From Camelus ferus (taxonomy: Eukaryota), in assembly GCF_009834535.1 (NCBI RefSeq), contig NC_045696.1, positions 115,384,001-115,448,000 on the forward strand: DNA of 64,000 bases. The letters run 5' to 3'. Below the pieces are notes generated by a model, which worked only from the letters and a program-made list of their open reading frames with translations, did no database searches and was not told where the DNA came from. Of the stretch, positions 13,091 to 27,260 are shown piece by piece. The first letter of the stretch is position 1. Each line of letters begins with the position of its first letter. The translations under genes were made by a program, and so were the position numbers.

Positions 13091-14154
13091 AGGTTGTCTT
13101 ATATAATTTGAACTTTATAGCATTTAAAATTCATTTTAACTTATTTTGTCTCTTGCCTCCATTGTGTCTTTATCTTTATCCTCTAAAAATTGCTATTTAC
13201 TTCTAGCATAAGGTTAGACATATTTTAATGTCTCCTTTTTACCTTTTATTTTGCTATTTATCTACTTACTATCTACCTAAATATCTATCTATACTTCTAA
13301 GCTATGTTTCTTCTCTTGACTGACTTAACTGCAAGCAGGGGTCAGCATCAGCTTGGAAGGACATCTCTCTCTCCCAGTTACTTTCACGACCTCTGCTCTA
13401 GGTGCTCATTGTGCATCTTTTCCTCTGCAGACTAAATCTTGGCTCACAAAATTATAGACCAGGGGAAAAGCAAGAGACTAAATTCAGAGCACAAAGTTGT
13501 GTTTAGATTTGAGAGTACAAAGTTGTGTTCAGAATTGAGCAGAACCATTCCAACCACCAAGCCACCATGGGAGACTCTGGAATTTCCAGGCTAGGGAGTT
13601 GTTGTTGGTTGCTATTGGTTGTTGTTGTATGTGCAGGCAGTGTCCCGGATTGTTACATTACAGCTGTGAAATGTTAAACTAGGGACCAAAAAATGAGCTC
13701 GCTCACAAAATATTTATTAAGCAACTGCTATACACCAGACACCTACTGTTACCTATTTTACTAACTGGAGAGTCAGTTGCAGGGAGTACCTAAGCCCAAT
13801 GTTAACTGTTCAGGGATTAAAAACACTTTAACAAGGCTGCAGATGCGTTTTTGTCCCAGTGAGTGATCCACTGAACACTTGCAGCTGATCTCGGGAGAGC
13901 GTCTGATTCCTTTCCATGAATATTTGAAATGTACAAGTTGATAGTGTGTGATTTCAATTGGCTAGAGGCCTAATTAGTTCCTGTGCAAATTTGAAGGCAA
14001 TTAAGTTACTATTTAATATTTTGCCCAGCACAGATAATTTGAATTTATAACATTTTTACTAGAATTGCTCTCTTGAATTTTCGTCTTCAAAATTAAAACT
14101 TAATTTCAAAGAGGAGTTTTAAATTTAAAAAATCATGTATGATTTAAAATGTGA

Positions 14155-14405
14155 TGAGGAGTTTGGGATTAACAGACACACACTACTGTATATAAAATAG
14201 ATAAAACAACAAGAACCTACTGTAGAACACAGGGAAGTATATTCAATTTCTTGTGATAATGTATAATGGGAAAGAATATGAAAAGAAAAAAATGTATATG
14301 TATGTACAGGTATAACTGAATGGCTTTGCTGTATACCTGAAACTAACATTGTAAATCAACTACCCTTCATTTAAAAAAAATTAAAAATAAAAATAAATGA
14401 ATAAA
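14155..14405 (+). mobile_element. 5'-truncated young L1 3' end (cetartiodactyl/camelid type), sense
   Basis: L1 3' UTR-like sequence ending in an A-rich tail. TSD TAAAATGTGA at 14145-14154 and 14406-14415, at a TTT/AAAA endonuclease site. Confidence 0.85.
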
Positions 14406-16864
14406 TAAAATGTGAAGACCAAAGAGAAAAAAACTAAAACTTAACGATGATTTTAAAAGATGAAAAGCAGAGAGTCTCTTTCCATTTTCCATCCTTTTCT
14501 CACCTCAGTTCCCTAGGACACCGTACGTGATGGGAGAGGTCCACCGTGGTCTTCAGGCAGCAGTTCAGAGCTTGTGTCTTTCAGTGAAGCCAGTGCAAGT
14601 CTCTAAACTTTTGTTTAAGCATTTTAAAATAAGCAAAAATAGTGTTGCTCTGATTTAAAAGGATTTTGTGAGAATGAATGGATGTAAAGCAGTTAGCAAA
14701 TTGTCCAGTGATAAACAAATCTTTGATGTTATGAAGGCAATCAGTTTAATAAATTTTTTTTCCTAGCAGAAGCATGAGTCTTGAGTCAGGAATTAGCTCA
14801 CAAATTCAGTTGTCCTTATTAATTGCTGTTTTCTTTAGGACGTTCAGCATCACAACTCTAGATCAAATTAGAAAACCATCAGTTTTAGAGATGACAGCTG
14901 CTCTGAATAAATACCTTTGTTGCACCTTCTTTCCTGAAAAAGTTTTGTGCTGGATAGAAAATGATACAAAATATTGCTTCTTACACACACAACACAAAGG
15001 CCACAGATGTAAACACTTGTGTGTTTTATTAAAGGACTCATTTGTTGTAGCTTCACTATAAGATAATATACAAAGATCTAATTTCAAAGCCACGTACAAT
15101 GTAATATTTTAAAGAAAAATCAATTTCTTTATTTCTTTTGTCCCCACTGACATCCACAATTTAAAAGCTTGCTGTTAAACTTTATACTGAATATAATCTG
15201 GTAGAAGCCAGGTTAAATGATAAATACTCAATATCACCAACAGCTTTCTGGTTTTGTACACATGACCTGATATCCATGGAATAGTTCCACACAGCATCAG
15301 GCTGAGGGCTGAGGCATCTGGAGTTCAGGCAGATGTAAACCAAGGCCTCCAGATCTACTTCAGTCTTTCATGCCCGCTAGGACATACGACACTAAGCTAC
15401 AGTTGAATTTTATTTTGTCCAGCCCTGGAAAGGAAAAAGATGGTGTCACCACAAAAGCATCTGAGTGTGAACTTGAGGTCAGGCCTGGGTCTCTTGGGAA
15501 TCCTCATGAAACAGCATCAACGGAAACATGGACGCCAAGGAGTAAGCTTAACATTCAGACTAAATCAACTGGAAATTCAGAAAACGTGACAGGTGATTTA
15601 GCAGCAGTCAATCCCGTTAGTGAGGTGGCCCGGTGCTTGCTGCAGCTTGGCTTGTGAAGCATCACTCAGGGATGTTGGAGGTGGTCAGCCTGAGACCTGG
15701 AGCAGTCTTGTATCCCCAGACTTACAGAATGGAGTCCATCTTCCAAGGCCCTCACCTGCAGTCAGCATTGGGTGTTCTCCTACTTACCCTTGGACATGCC
15801 TTCAAAAGGTGGCAGGTTGGCGTAGACATGCTGTCTGTCTTGAATGCCCAGCCTGTTCCATTTTCATGAAGCAGTACTGTAGATTATGGTACACTGGCTG
15901 AGTGCTAGATGAGACAGCTGGTTTATGTTCAAGGGCTGTATTGCTTAAAAATAAAATACACTTAGCACGATGGGATGCTCTCTTGACGGGGATTGAGAAC
16001 TCACTGAGAGTAAAAGGTACCCTAACACGCCAACCTTGTGCGGATTCCACACCAGTCTGTCCACTCATTGACTTTGCAATTGCCCCCACCACTTCGATCA
16101 TTTAAATTTACATTTCATTCATCAGGTGTTGTGTCACTCCACCCTCCCCGTCCGTCCCTGCAGAGAGGAGCTGTCAAACAGATAGTTAAACGCAACACTG
16201 GATTCAGTCATTCATCCAGCCAGCCAAACAAGTACCTTACTTAAGCACTTACCATGTGCCCTTGGGAGACACCGGCTGGGGAAAAGATTGCTCATTTAAA
16301 AAATAATTATAGTAACAGGATTAGTGCCAAAATGAGAATATGGAAATTGGTGTTGTAAGCATATGGAGAAGGAATCCGAGTTCTGCAGTAACATTTGTAC
16401 TGAGCCTTGGCCAAAGGGTGCCCGCCAAGCTGGGCAAGAGCATAGCACGTGGGGTGCTAGGCTAGTTTGAGGAGCTGGAGTTGTAGCTCAGAAGTGTTCA
16501 AAGGCCAGACTGGCACGTTTTACAGAGGAGCTTAGATTTGGTTCTACAAGACTTCTAGCAGAGGTGTGGTTATCATTGTCTTAGGAGGAATCTTTTTGGC
16601 TTGAGGTACATCATTACTACCATCTCATTTGCCTATTTTAATTAATAAGGCTCAGTCTCCCCAGAGAGCAGCCTGAAGACAGAAGTCGCACAAGGGCCAC
16701 ACCACTCTTGAGATGTCTGAAATCCACCATGGCACCTACATAAGCGTTGGCGTCACCTGTGCTCCCCCTCCCCCCTCCCAGATGACAGGAGCCAACACCT
16801 GCTCATGCATCCTCTTGGCAAACCAGAAACAGAGTCAGAATTTTCATAGCTTATTACTCTATGG

Positions 16865-17455
16865 CAATGATAATTCATATACCATACAAGCCCCCCATTT
16901 AAAGTGTACAATTTGGTGGTTTTTAGTGTGTTCACAGAGTTGTGCACTCATCACCACAATCAATTTTAGAACCTTCTGAACAAACCCCATACCCATCAAC
17001 CCCATTTCCCCTCCCTCCCTCTCCCCTGACAACCACTGAGTTACCTTCTGTCTCTGTAGGTTTGCCCGTGCGGAAGAGTCCTTAAAAATGGCATCACAGA
17101 AGGCCTGGTGTTTTGTGACTGATCCGTTTGACCTAGCACAGTGACTTCCTCATGTTCATTCCTGATGTGACACGTGTCGTGATTTCCCTCCTCTTTAAGG
17201 CAGAGTAATGATCCATTACCGGGATAAGTCACATTTTCTTTTTTGCTTTCGTCAGTTGATGGACCTTTGGATTTTGCCACTTTGGGGGTATTAGGGATCA
17301 TGCTGGTATGAACATTTTTGTGCAAGTTTTTGAGTGGCCACACATCTTCCTTTCTCTTAGGTATGTGTGGGTGTGGATATCCGGGTCACATGGTAACTTT
17401 GTGTTTAACCCTTTGAGGAACCGTATCAAAATAATTTCCAAAATGGCTGCACCAA
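16865..17455 (-). mobile_element. Old L1MB-like 3' end
   Basis: cccatttaaagtgtacaatttggtggtttttagtgtgttcacagagttgtgc...ttccaaaatggctgcacca. Confidence 0.8.
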
Positions 17456-18456
17456 CTTGTTGACTTAGGTTTGAGACTCTTTGGCCTCAGCTACCAGGTC
17501 AAAACCTGCTTGTGAAGTTTCCCTAGGTTGATCCTCATTAGTGGGTAGGCTCCTCGTGGAATTAACTAACTGAAAACAAAAACAAACACAAACAAACAAA
17601 AAAACCAGCATGTCTTTTCACTCAATGATGGTGCTTCTGTGGGGAGAAAGAAAGAAGACAAAACATGAAATGGATTAAGTATGATTATTAACTCATCCTA
17701 ATAATACGTACAAAATGCATTTAGGTTTAGAACAAGATTTAAAAGAACCATAATATGTAGTAAAATTAAACTTTTTTTTCATATTTTTACCTGTAGTTTT
17801 AAAGAGAACCTCAGTCTGTTTCGTAAGGTTGAGACATCTCCGTTTTACACAGCTACTTGCTGATGGAGAGTTCCAATTTTCCTACAGTCTTTTTTCTTGC
17901 ATTATTAGCTTTTATCTTAATCTTTTTTTCAGCTGTTTAAAGTTTATCTGTTTTCTTCCTGGCCTAGCAGAAGAGGGGAAAAAGGTGTGGCAATCATGTC
18001 TTGATATGATTCCCGGCATAATTTGCCAAATGCAGAAAATGATTTTCCCCATATACCATATCTCATTTGACTGTTGGCCTTTGGTAAGGGAAGGGCTAGT
18101 GAAGAATTAGTTGTGTGCAATTTTTAGATTAACTGATTAATCACTCCCTTAGGAACTGTGGGTCTTACAGCTAAGTTTTTAGAAACATCTGTTTTTCAAA
18201 GCATGGTATTATTTTAGAGCTGGAAAGGACTTCAGAAATCATGGAACAAGATCCCTCATTTAAAAAAAAATCATAACCACTTGTCTTAAATTACCTAATT
18301 AAATCACACTTGAACAAAAGAAACCAGAAGTTTTAAAGAGATTAAAAAAAAAATGAGTTCCACATAACTGTAACCACATACTGACCTTAGGCTTTTCTCT
18401 GCCTCATCCTATATTCATTCCTCCTTTTCAAGTGTCATTTTATTTCCTGAGTTGTT

Positions 18457-18765
18457 TCATTTGTTCATTCATTCATTCAAGAAACATTTATTGGGAATCT
18501 GTTTCAGGTACAATTCTAGGTGCTAAGAATCAGCAAAGAACAAAACTAAAAATTCTTGCCCTTGTAGGGTTTACATTCCACTGCAGCAAGACAGATGATA
18601 AACAACAACCCTTAGGTTGCTATACATTTCATTGCATATTTGAATGTGATCAATTCTATGGGGGGAAAAAAAGAAAGCAGGGGAGAATAAGAGGTATCAC
18701 AGGTGTGGGAAGAGGGGTGCGGTTTTATCCAAGGTAGTAAGACAACCTTTCACCGAGAAGGTGTT
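18457..18765 (-). mobile_element. L2 3' end, interrupted by the L1M; resumes at about 21011-21110
   Basis: ttcattcattcattcaagaaacatttattg...ttcttgcccttgtagggtttacattc; downstream half ggcttttactaaggatgaaaaagggagccc. Confidence 0.75.
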
Positions 18766-21010
18766 ATAGACTAGGGTGTTTAGTATCTTTAAAGTGTTGC
18801 GCAAACATTACAGCTATCACATTTCAGAATGTTTCCATCGCCACCAAAAGAAAGCCTGCACCCCCTAATTTTACTTTCCCTCATTCCCTGGCAACCTCTA
18901 GTCTACTTTGTCTATCTCTGTGGATTTGGCTATTCTGGTAAATGGAATCATGCAATGCCTGGTCCTTTGTGACAAACTTCTCTCACTTAGGGTAACACTT
19001 TCAAGATTCATCCATATGGTAACATGTGTCATTACTTTGTTTCTTTATATGGCTGAGTAATACTCCATTGTGTGGACATAGCACGTTTGTGTGCCCATTC
19101 ATTACTTGATGGATCTTTGGGTTGTTTCCCTCTTTTGGTCATTGTGAAGTGCTGCTGTGAGTGCTCATTTACAAGCTTGTGCGTCAAAATATATTTTCAT
19201 TTATCTGGGGTATACACTGAGGAGTGAACTTGCTGAGTCATATGTTAATGCTAGGTTTAACTTTTTCAGAAACCACCAACCTTTCCCACAGCCACTGCAC
19301 CATGTTATATTCCTACCAGCAATGTATGGGTATTCCAATTTCTCCACATCCTTGCTAACACTTGTTATTTTCTGTTCTTTTAACCCATTTTCATCATTAT
19401 TATAGCCATACTAGTGAGTGTGAAATAACATCTCATTGTGGTTTTGATCTGCATTTCTCTAATGACTAATCGTGTGGACCTATCTTTTCAAGCCTTTAGT
19501 GGCCATTTGCATCTTATTTGGAAAGATGTCTATTCAGATCATTTGTCCCCCTTATAATTGGACTGTTTGTCTTTTCATTGTTGAGTTGTAGAAGTTCCTT
19601 ATATATTCTAAACACTAGACTGTTATCATATAATTGATTTGCAAATATTTTTTGCCATTCTGTGAATTGTTTTTATCACTTTTTTGATAGTGTCTTTGAC
19701 ACATGAAGTTTTTTGTTTTGATGAAGTCCAACTTACCTATTTTGTTTGATTCTTCTGCTTTTAATATCATTTTTAAGAAATCATTGCTTAATCCAAGATC
19801 ACAAATATTTACAACTGTGTTTCCTTAAAAGAGTCCTATGTTTAAGTTGATCTATTTTGAGTAGCATATGCTGTGAGGCAGGGATCCAACTTCATTCTTT
19901 TGCATGTGGGTATCTATTTGTCCCAGGAGCATTTGTTGAAGAGACTATTCTTTCCTCTTTGAATGGTCTTACCACCCTTGTCAAATTTACCTGTCTATAC
20001 GTGGCATTTATTCTCAGTTTTATTTCATTGATCTATATGTCTGTCTATCCTTGTGCCACACTAGTTTTTTTTATTTTATTTTTTATTGAAGTGTAGTTGA
20101 TTTACAATGTTAGTTTCAGTTGTACAGCAAAGCAATTCAATTTTACATATAAATACATATTTTTTTCTTTTCAGATTCATTTCCATTATATGTGATTACA
20201 AGTAATTGAATATAGTTCCCTAGCTATACAGTAAACCCTTGTTGTTTTATCTATTTTATATATAGTAATGTGTATCTGTTAACCCCAAACTCCTAATTTA
20301 TCCCTCCCTTGCCCTTTCCCCTTTGGTTTTAATTACTGCAGCTTAAGTAAGTTTTCAAATAGGAAGTGTGAGTACTTCTTTGCATTCTTTTTTTCAATAT
20401 TGATATTGTTAGGGTCTCTTCATTTCTGTATGAACTTTTGTTCAGCTTATTAATTTCTGCAATATAAGGCCATTGGGAATTTGATAGATTTTGCATTTAA
20501 GCTGTAGATCACTTCCAGGAATAATATCATCTTAGCAATATTAAGTCTTCCAATCCATGAATAAAAAATATCTTCCCATATTTAGGTATTTTAAATTTTC
20601 TTTCAGCAACATTTTAGAGTTCTCAGTGAACAAGTATTGCACTTCATTGATTATATGTATTCCTAAGTATTTTATTCTTTTCATATCATGGTAAATAATT
20701 TTTTTAAATTTTGCTTTCAGACTGTTCATTGTTAATGCATAAAACATGACTGATTTTTGTATATTGATCTTGTATTTTGCAACGTTGCTGAACTCATTTT
20801 TTTAGATCTAATTTTTGTTTTTATAGATTCTTTGAGGTTTTCTATGGATAAGGTCATGCCCTCTGAAAAGTTTTATTTCTTCCTTTACAATCCGGATACA
20901 TTTTATTTCACTTTCTTGCTTAACAGTCCTGGCTAGAACTTTCAGTGCAGCATTGAATAGCAATAGTAAGAGAGACATCCTTGTCCTGCCCCTGATCTAA
21001 GCTTTCAGTT
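18766..21010 (-). mobile_element. Old L1M (L1MB-like) element: 3' UTR and decayed ORF2 end, about 2 kb
   Basis: Typical antisense L1 blocks (ctcattgtggttttgatctgcatttctctaatgactaat; gacatccttgtcctgcccctgatct). Minus-strand ORF 20541-20747 has ORF2-like KRIKYLGI. Confidence 0.85.
20065..20326 (-). mobile_element. Young L1 3' end nested in an older L1M element
   Basis: Poly-T then ttgaagtgtagttgatttacaatg...; the host L1 sequence resumes directly afterwards. Confidence 0.85.
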
Positions 21011-21116
21011 GGACATTGGCTTTTACTAAGGATGAAAAAGGGAGCCCTTGTGGTAGTTTAAGGAGAAAAATAATGTTATCTAACTGCTATTTAAAGGATA
21101 TCTTTGTCTTTTTATG

Positions 21117-21297
21117 TTTTTTTAAAATTGAAGTATAGTCGATTTACAATGTGTCAATTTCTAGTGTACAGCATAGTGATTCAGTTATACATATATATAT
21201 TCCTTTTCATAATCTTTTTCAATATAGGTTATTATAGGATATTGAATATGGTTCCCTGTGCTCTACAGTAGGACCTTTTATATATAGTAGTTAGTAT
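21117..21297 (-). mobile_element. Young L1 3' end fragment
   Basis: Same ttgaagtatagtcgatttacaatg...gttccctgtgctctacagtaggacc motif as the other copies. Confidence 0.85.
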
Positions 21298-24200
21298 CAT
21301 GTTTTAAAAGATTATAATTTCTAAAAGGTTAGAAACCTTAGTAAATATGTTAAGCGGGTATTAAAATCTAACATGGTTCATTAAACTTAAGTAGTATAGC
21401 AATATTACTACATAAAATTGTTAATAAATATTCCTCTATTCTAAATGCTATAAAATTAGCTCAAAATTAACTATATAATGTGTCCTAGCCATACACATTG
21501 TCTTAGCAATAATATTTTTATAGAAATAAAAAATTACTACTATATGATTCTGCAGTATCAGTTCTCCTATTGATAGTACTTATTTTTTTACACTTAATTC
21601 TTGATGATAAAGATATATTTTTTTACCAGATGGCAACAATAAATCCTAAAAAGTGTTGGTACTCAAAATGGCTTTCTCTAATTATAGCTATGAGTCTAGC
21701 GAGTGACGTATCAATAAACCAGTTTTCTCTTTTATAAAATAGGAATTCTAATGTCCATCTTAACAGTCCTGGGGATATAAAGAAATAAGTGTCTACAAAA
21801 TGTATTTGAAAACTAAAAAGGACCAAACAAATGTAGGGCATTACCCTTGCATCTTTTAAGTTTTCTTAATAGCACTTTGGTTTAATTGTTGTAATTATTT
21901 AGGTTTATGCTTGAGAAAGTACAACAGCTGATTCCTTTAGCAGTAATGACATTTAGAATAAGGACCTATAAAACGAGAGAGCTGGGTTGTTGGACCAACT
22001 AGAGAGATCACTCTATGTCATGCTAAATGTAAAATAGCAAGAAAAGAAAAAAAGAATGAGACATAAAAGTAGTTGAAGGAGCAGTCTTTGTCTCATTTTG
22101 AGTGATGCCTTATCTGCCAGGTGGGGTTACTGTGTAACATGTACCTTGCACAATTGGCTGTCGACTTCTTTGGCATCTACCAGTCATTGCGTGTTTCAGT
22201 GATTTTCACATCAGAATGTATAAATCATCATCTCGGGTGGCACCATTTCTGTGAGCATCTCAGAAATCTTAACAGCATAGATCCTTCAGTAGAAAAGGAG
22301 CATCTGTGATGATGGAACCTTCAAAGATCCAAAAGAGGATTTCATCCAAATCCTATGGGTCAGTTCATCATGTTGACCCATTGTGCTGACTGATAAAAAT
22401 ACCCTTTAAGAAGAGAAGCTCACAAAACTTTCCTCCCTGTATAATCTGTATTTTTTAGAAGGGCACTTAAGACACGCTCTCTTACTTTCCTCTTGTTCTT
22501 CTTTTCTTTCTAGTCCTCTCTTGTCTTACAAAAAAAAAAAAAAAAAAAAAAAAAACAGAGTTAATAAGCAAATAATTTCCATCTCATTCAGATTTATTCA
22601 ACTTAAGGTAATTAAACTTCCAGGCTGAGGACACATTTATCAACCCAGATTGACCCGTCAGGCAGTGAAGAGACTTGTCCTGGCTTTGGAATTGTGTTTT
22701 AAAGGTTAGGTTACAATGGAATTTTTTTCTGAAGCAAATGACTCCTGTTAGGGCATTGCAGTGCACGAAATGCCTTTATCACTTGTGAAGTGAAAATAAA
22801 ATACATGATTTTTTTCATTGTCTAAGCACCTTTGAGAATTCCCACAACACTTAGAATTATCTGTGCACATAAAATATCTGGGTGCATTCATCTGGGGCTT
22901 CTATTTTGGTAAAATGTATTTCATGCTTGCCAACCTGGGCCCAGGCTGTAATGTTCTCTGGATGCGCTTCTGGGAAGAGATGAACCAGATCAGACAGCTT
23001 AACTCTGTGAGTCGACCTGGCCGATCCTTGGTCACTTTTTGTTTTTCCCAGCTGACCTGGAAAGTTTTTAAAGTTTTGTTTTCTCTAGAAGTGCCCGCAG
23101 TAAGAGGAGGCTTACAGGAGCCAGTTGAAATCTCAAAAGGAGACATCTGTACATACATGTGTTACTTTAATCATTTATCCTGCCATCTTGTTTTTCATGA
23201 GGTTGGGAAGAGGCAAGGTGAACAAAAGAGGAGGAAATAAAGGAGACTGAGCCCAGCCTACGCTTCCTGCCTCTTCACCCCTTTCCCTCTAGTGTGGTCC
23301 AGGGCCATGAAGCCCAAAGACCAGACCCCACAGCCCCCATCCTTCCCTCTGCGTCCCCTCCTCTTTTCTGGGAGGGGCAGGTGGTGGCCATGAGTCATCC
23401 CAAGAAATCCATGGCAGGGCTGTCCAAGAGGTAAGGCCATTATGCTAAAAATAACCTGACAAGGTCTCCACCTTGTCTGCCTGCCATGGTCTTAAGCTCT
23501 GTCCTCAAATAGCCCAGTGCTGTGTCTTCTCAATCAGCTTGCCTCCTGGCTCTGACTTCTCTCCTCAGCCCTGTGAATTGGCTGTGGGGACCTGGCTGTG
23601 ATCTTGACTGCTTGGCCACAGCCTTCCGAGTGCCAGGCATGGATGTGGTGTCTGCCTGGGATGCCCCCGTCCATCCAGACCTTGGACCCCACACATCCAG
23701 CCGGAGACTGCTGGCATTCTTGGCCTGGCTTCCATCAGAGCCAGAGGAATCTGCCAGGAAGGACTTGAGCAGAGCCAGTCATTTAGGCTTCTCCATTTCT
23801 AGAGAAACTTCTTCAAAAGAACCCCAAGTTGCTTTAAAACAGGTTTACAGAAAACAGGATCCATGAAAACAGAAAATCTTCTATCCCAAGAAAGATCATT
23901 TAAAAAAAAAAAAAAGAATCTGTAAAATAAAGTGGTTTACCCAAAGTACTGGCTTTTAATTTTAATGTTCACAGTTGGCCTTGAGTTAAACATAATCGAA
24001 ATAGTGATTATGAAAAATAGCTCTACAAATATATATTCTACATAAAATAATGAGTCTTTTCTAAGGCTTAAAGATTATATTTGTAAATTATTTTGTCAAA
24101 ATTAGTGATGAAATTTCAGGATGTCTAATATCAAATTGTCTCTAATATGGTGTTCTGATTTGACTCATGCAATGAGATCCCAAAGGATGAAATGAAATAG

Positions 24201-25359
24201 AAATGCTGTCCCCATTTGAGAGGTCAGGTCGCATGAGACTAGATTTCTATCCTTTTGTAGCTATAAAAATATTTCACATTCCGTGGATTAGAATTGCCAT
24301 ACAGACCAACCCATCAGAGGTGATACAAGTTTATTTTTAAATTATCAGACATTATATTCTTTATTAACACAGCTCTACTTTAAAAATCTACTTATCTCAA
24401 AGTATGGAATTAAATCTTGGTTGACAGAGCTAACCAAGAATCAGAATGGATTTTTTCCCGTAAGTATGTACTCAAAATAAATAATTGGATTTGAAGCTGT
24501 TGAAATAAAGCCATAATAACTAGTCTTTTTAATAAGACCTAAGGAAAATCAAATGGTTATTCTACATCATTTAGACAAAAGAGAGATTGACATTTTTTTT
24601 TAGTGTTTCAACTAGAGTTTTGGTGAAATGGTGATAAAGTTACAATGAATATTCTCAAAAAAAAAAAAAAGAATACATGGTGTGTTGAGTTTTTGTGCAA
24701 GAGGCAATCTGCTGTGGCTTGGACTTTCTGAAACAGTGTGATCATTTATGGGCTTGTAATAGAGGAGATCATTTTATATCTGGAATTTCATGAAAAATGT
24801 GGTTTATATGGTTTCTGTAGCTAAAAAAAAGGAAGACTGGAAATTGGTCCGTTGGCTTTGCTGTAAAGAGAGGCGTTTGTTCCAGAATGTTATTATTTCT
24901 AAGCAGTCCTATTAATTTTTTCAGCAACCAACCTTTCAGTAAATAATTAGTAGAATTCTGATTTCTCCTGTTCATTTTGATGTGCACATTTTACCTAATT
25001 TCTATGTGTCCTCCAACTCTTAAAAATCTTCTTGGCTGAAGTATATTAGTATTATATGGAGACAATGACTTTGAGGGGAGAAATTCTATTGAAAAATGAT
25101 TGTATTGTGTGATGACCTCCCTTCCTGTTACCCTGCCTACAGAGGAAAAAAATCGTATTAAATTGCTGTTTTGGATGAAATTACTGATAGTTGGAGTCTT
25201 GAGACAGCACAATTTACAGTTGAAATGGAATGCTTAGCAGTTATTGAAAATTTGTTATTACAAATATATGTATATATTATTAATATATCTAAGTATATGT
25301 ATATGTGTTTTAATATATGTAAAATATATGTATATATAATGTTATCTCAATTTAAAAAA

Positions 25360-25525
25360 TTTTTAATTGAAGCATAGTTGATTTAAAATGTGCCAGTTTC
25401 TGGTATACAGCAAAGTGATTCAGTTATACATATATATTCTTTTTTATATTCTTTTTCATTATAGGTTATTGCAAGATACTGAATATAGTTCCTTGTGCTA
25501 CATATAGGTCCTTGTTGTTCATCTC
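25360..25525 (-). mobile_element. Young L1 3' end fragment
   Basis: ttgaagcatagttgatttaaaatg...gaatatagttccttgtgctac motif shared with the other copies. Confidence 0.85.
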
Positions 25526-27062
25526 TTGATTTTTTTTAAAGGTCCTCTCTTTTTTCTATATTTCTCTCATCTTTGTGAGCCATTTCCCATAATTTATCCA
25601 GTAGAACTTACTCCCTGAAAACTCCTTTCCTGGTCCTCTGAAATTTGAAAAACAATTTTATTCTACATGTCTGAGTGTGGCAAGTGTGCATGAGTTACAT
25701 CATGGTGTCCTTCTGGTGATTAAAACGTTTTCTCCGTCGTCCATCTGTGGAACACTAACATGGTAATGAAAATCGCTAAGTCAGTCTTAGACATATAGTA
25801 AGATGTCCGAGACCAGATAGGATAATGTTCTAAATTATATCCTCACTAAATATTTTATCATTGTGCCATCCACTGTGAGAGTTTGTTTTCTTATCTTCAA
25901 GACAGCTCTCTGGTACAAAAAAAGCTTGCAGAGCTGACAATTATTCCTCCCTTTTTATTATATGGGCTGCCTTGCAGAATTCTGTGGCACAGATTTGAAT
26001 CCTAGTTGGCTTGGCGTCGCTGTCTCCATGTCCTCAATCCTTTACTCATTCTAAATTCGCTTGTCAGAAGGCGCTCCCTCACTGTGTTCAGTTTCAATTA
26101 GTAGAAGCTCTCAAAATTCATGATTTATCATGTCCTAATTCTTAATAGTGAGATATTGCAGAAGGTAAACCCTCATTTTTAACCTAAAGGTCATACCCAG
26201 AAGAAGATTATTGCCATATATAGCAATAATACATACGTAGAACAAACTACCAAAGGCAATTGCTGAAAAACCACGCTTTAACTTTTTGCCAAATTGGACA
26301 TTCTCCAATACACGGGTCTCCTCATTAATGAAATGGGAAGTGTTACTGTGGCAGACAGCACATTTTTTTCCCTGCTGAAATCTCTCCAAAGAGGGGGGAC
26401 TACCACTCGCAGATGTGGAAAAAGTTTTTTTTTCCTTCCGCCTTCCTAAGGAAAAAATATATCTCTCTATTAGAAGCCCCAAAAGGCAGCTTCCTAAATT
26501 AGAGGCATCCAAATCACTTAAAATAGCTTTGGAATAAATTGATTTTCTTTTTGTCTTCCTCATTCTTTCCCTTTTGTGATGTTCATCGAAAAGTTCACAG
26601 ATTCTGACAAAACTCGCCCCTTCTTCTTGGTGCTTCTCAGTTGTGGGCACCATGGCCAGACCCACTCAGTGAACTCTCTGAGGTCCTAGTGGACCTGCCT
26701 TCTGAGTAACTTCGTTTTGAATTCATTTACTTTGGATTAATTTATGCTTGGAAGGGATGAAGCATTTGTGATAGAGGAAACAAATCCTGTGGAAACAAAT
26801 TCTATGGAAGCACACAGATTCTGTTAGAAAGAGAAGACTGTATCTTACAAAAGAACTCCTGGTTTAATGGTTCATGGAAGGTTAATTAAGCCCCACAGTT
26901 ACTTTTCTCTGTTTCAAAGATATGAACATGTCTCCATGTTCCCTCATTTATAATCACATACATCTCAAAAAAATGCACCCTTCGGTAGAAATACTCACTG
27001 CCTGCTTAAGTATCTACAGCATTTTTTAAGAGTTGTTCCCTAATTTATTCCAAATTCCCTCT

Positions 27063-27155
27063 TAGGGTTGTCAACTTGTCCTGACTTGCCTGGGACCTTT
27101 CCTGAAAATACTAAAAGTCTTTTAGTCACAAGAAAAACAGGACAGTGGTCATCCA
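27063..27155. mobile_element. MER81-like hAT-Blackjack MITE relic
   Basis: tagggttgtcaacttgtcctgacttgcctgggac...aggacagtggtcatcc degenerate inverted termini. Confidence 0.6.
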
Positions 27156-27260
27156 ATCCATAGTTCCCTGTTTTACATCCATGGCTTTCTATTTAAGTGC
27201 CATTATAGCTCTAATGCTGAGACCAATTCAACTAAACTAAAAACTAGTTGACAGAGCTGT

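Noticed and set aside
20541..20747. 68-aa ORF as a gene
   Set aside because: It is a decayed L1 ORF2 remnant inside the L1M element.
26135..26665. 176-aa minus-strand ORF
   Set aside because: No recognisable domain, no retrogene hallmarks (poly-A tail, TSD); consistent with a chance ORF.
26776..26812. 15-bp imperfect tandem repeat ggaaacaaatcctgt
   Set aside because: Short, diverged local slippage with no functional context.
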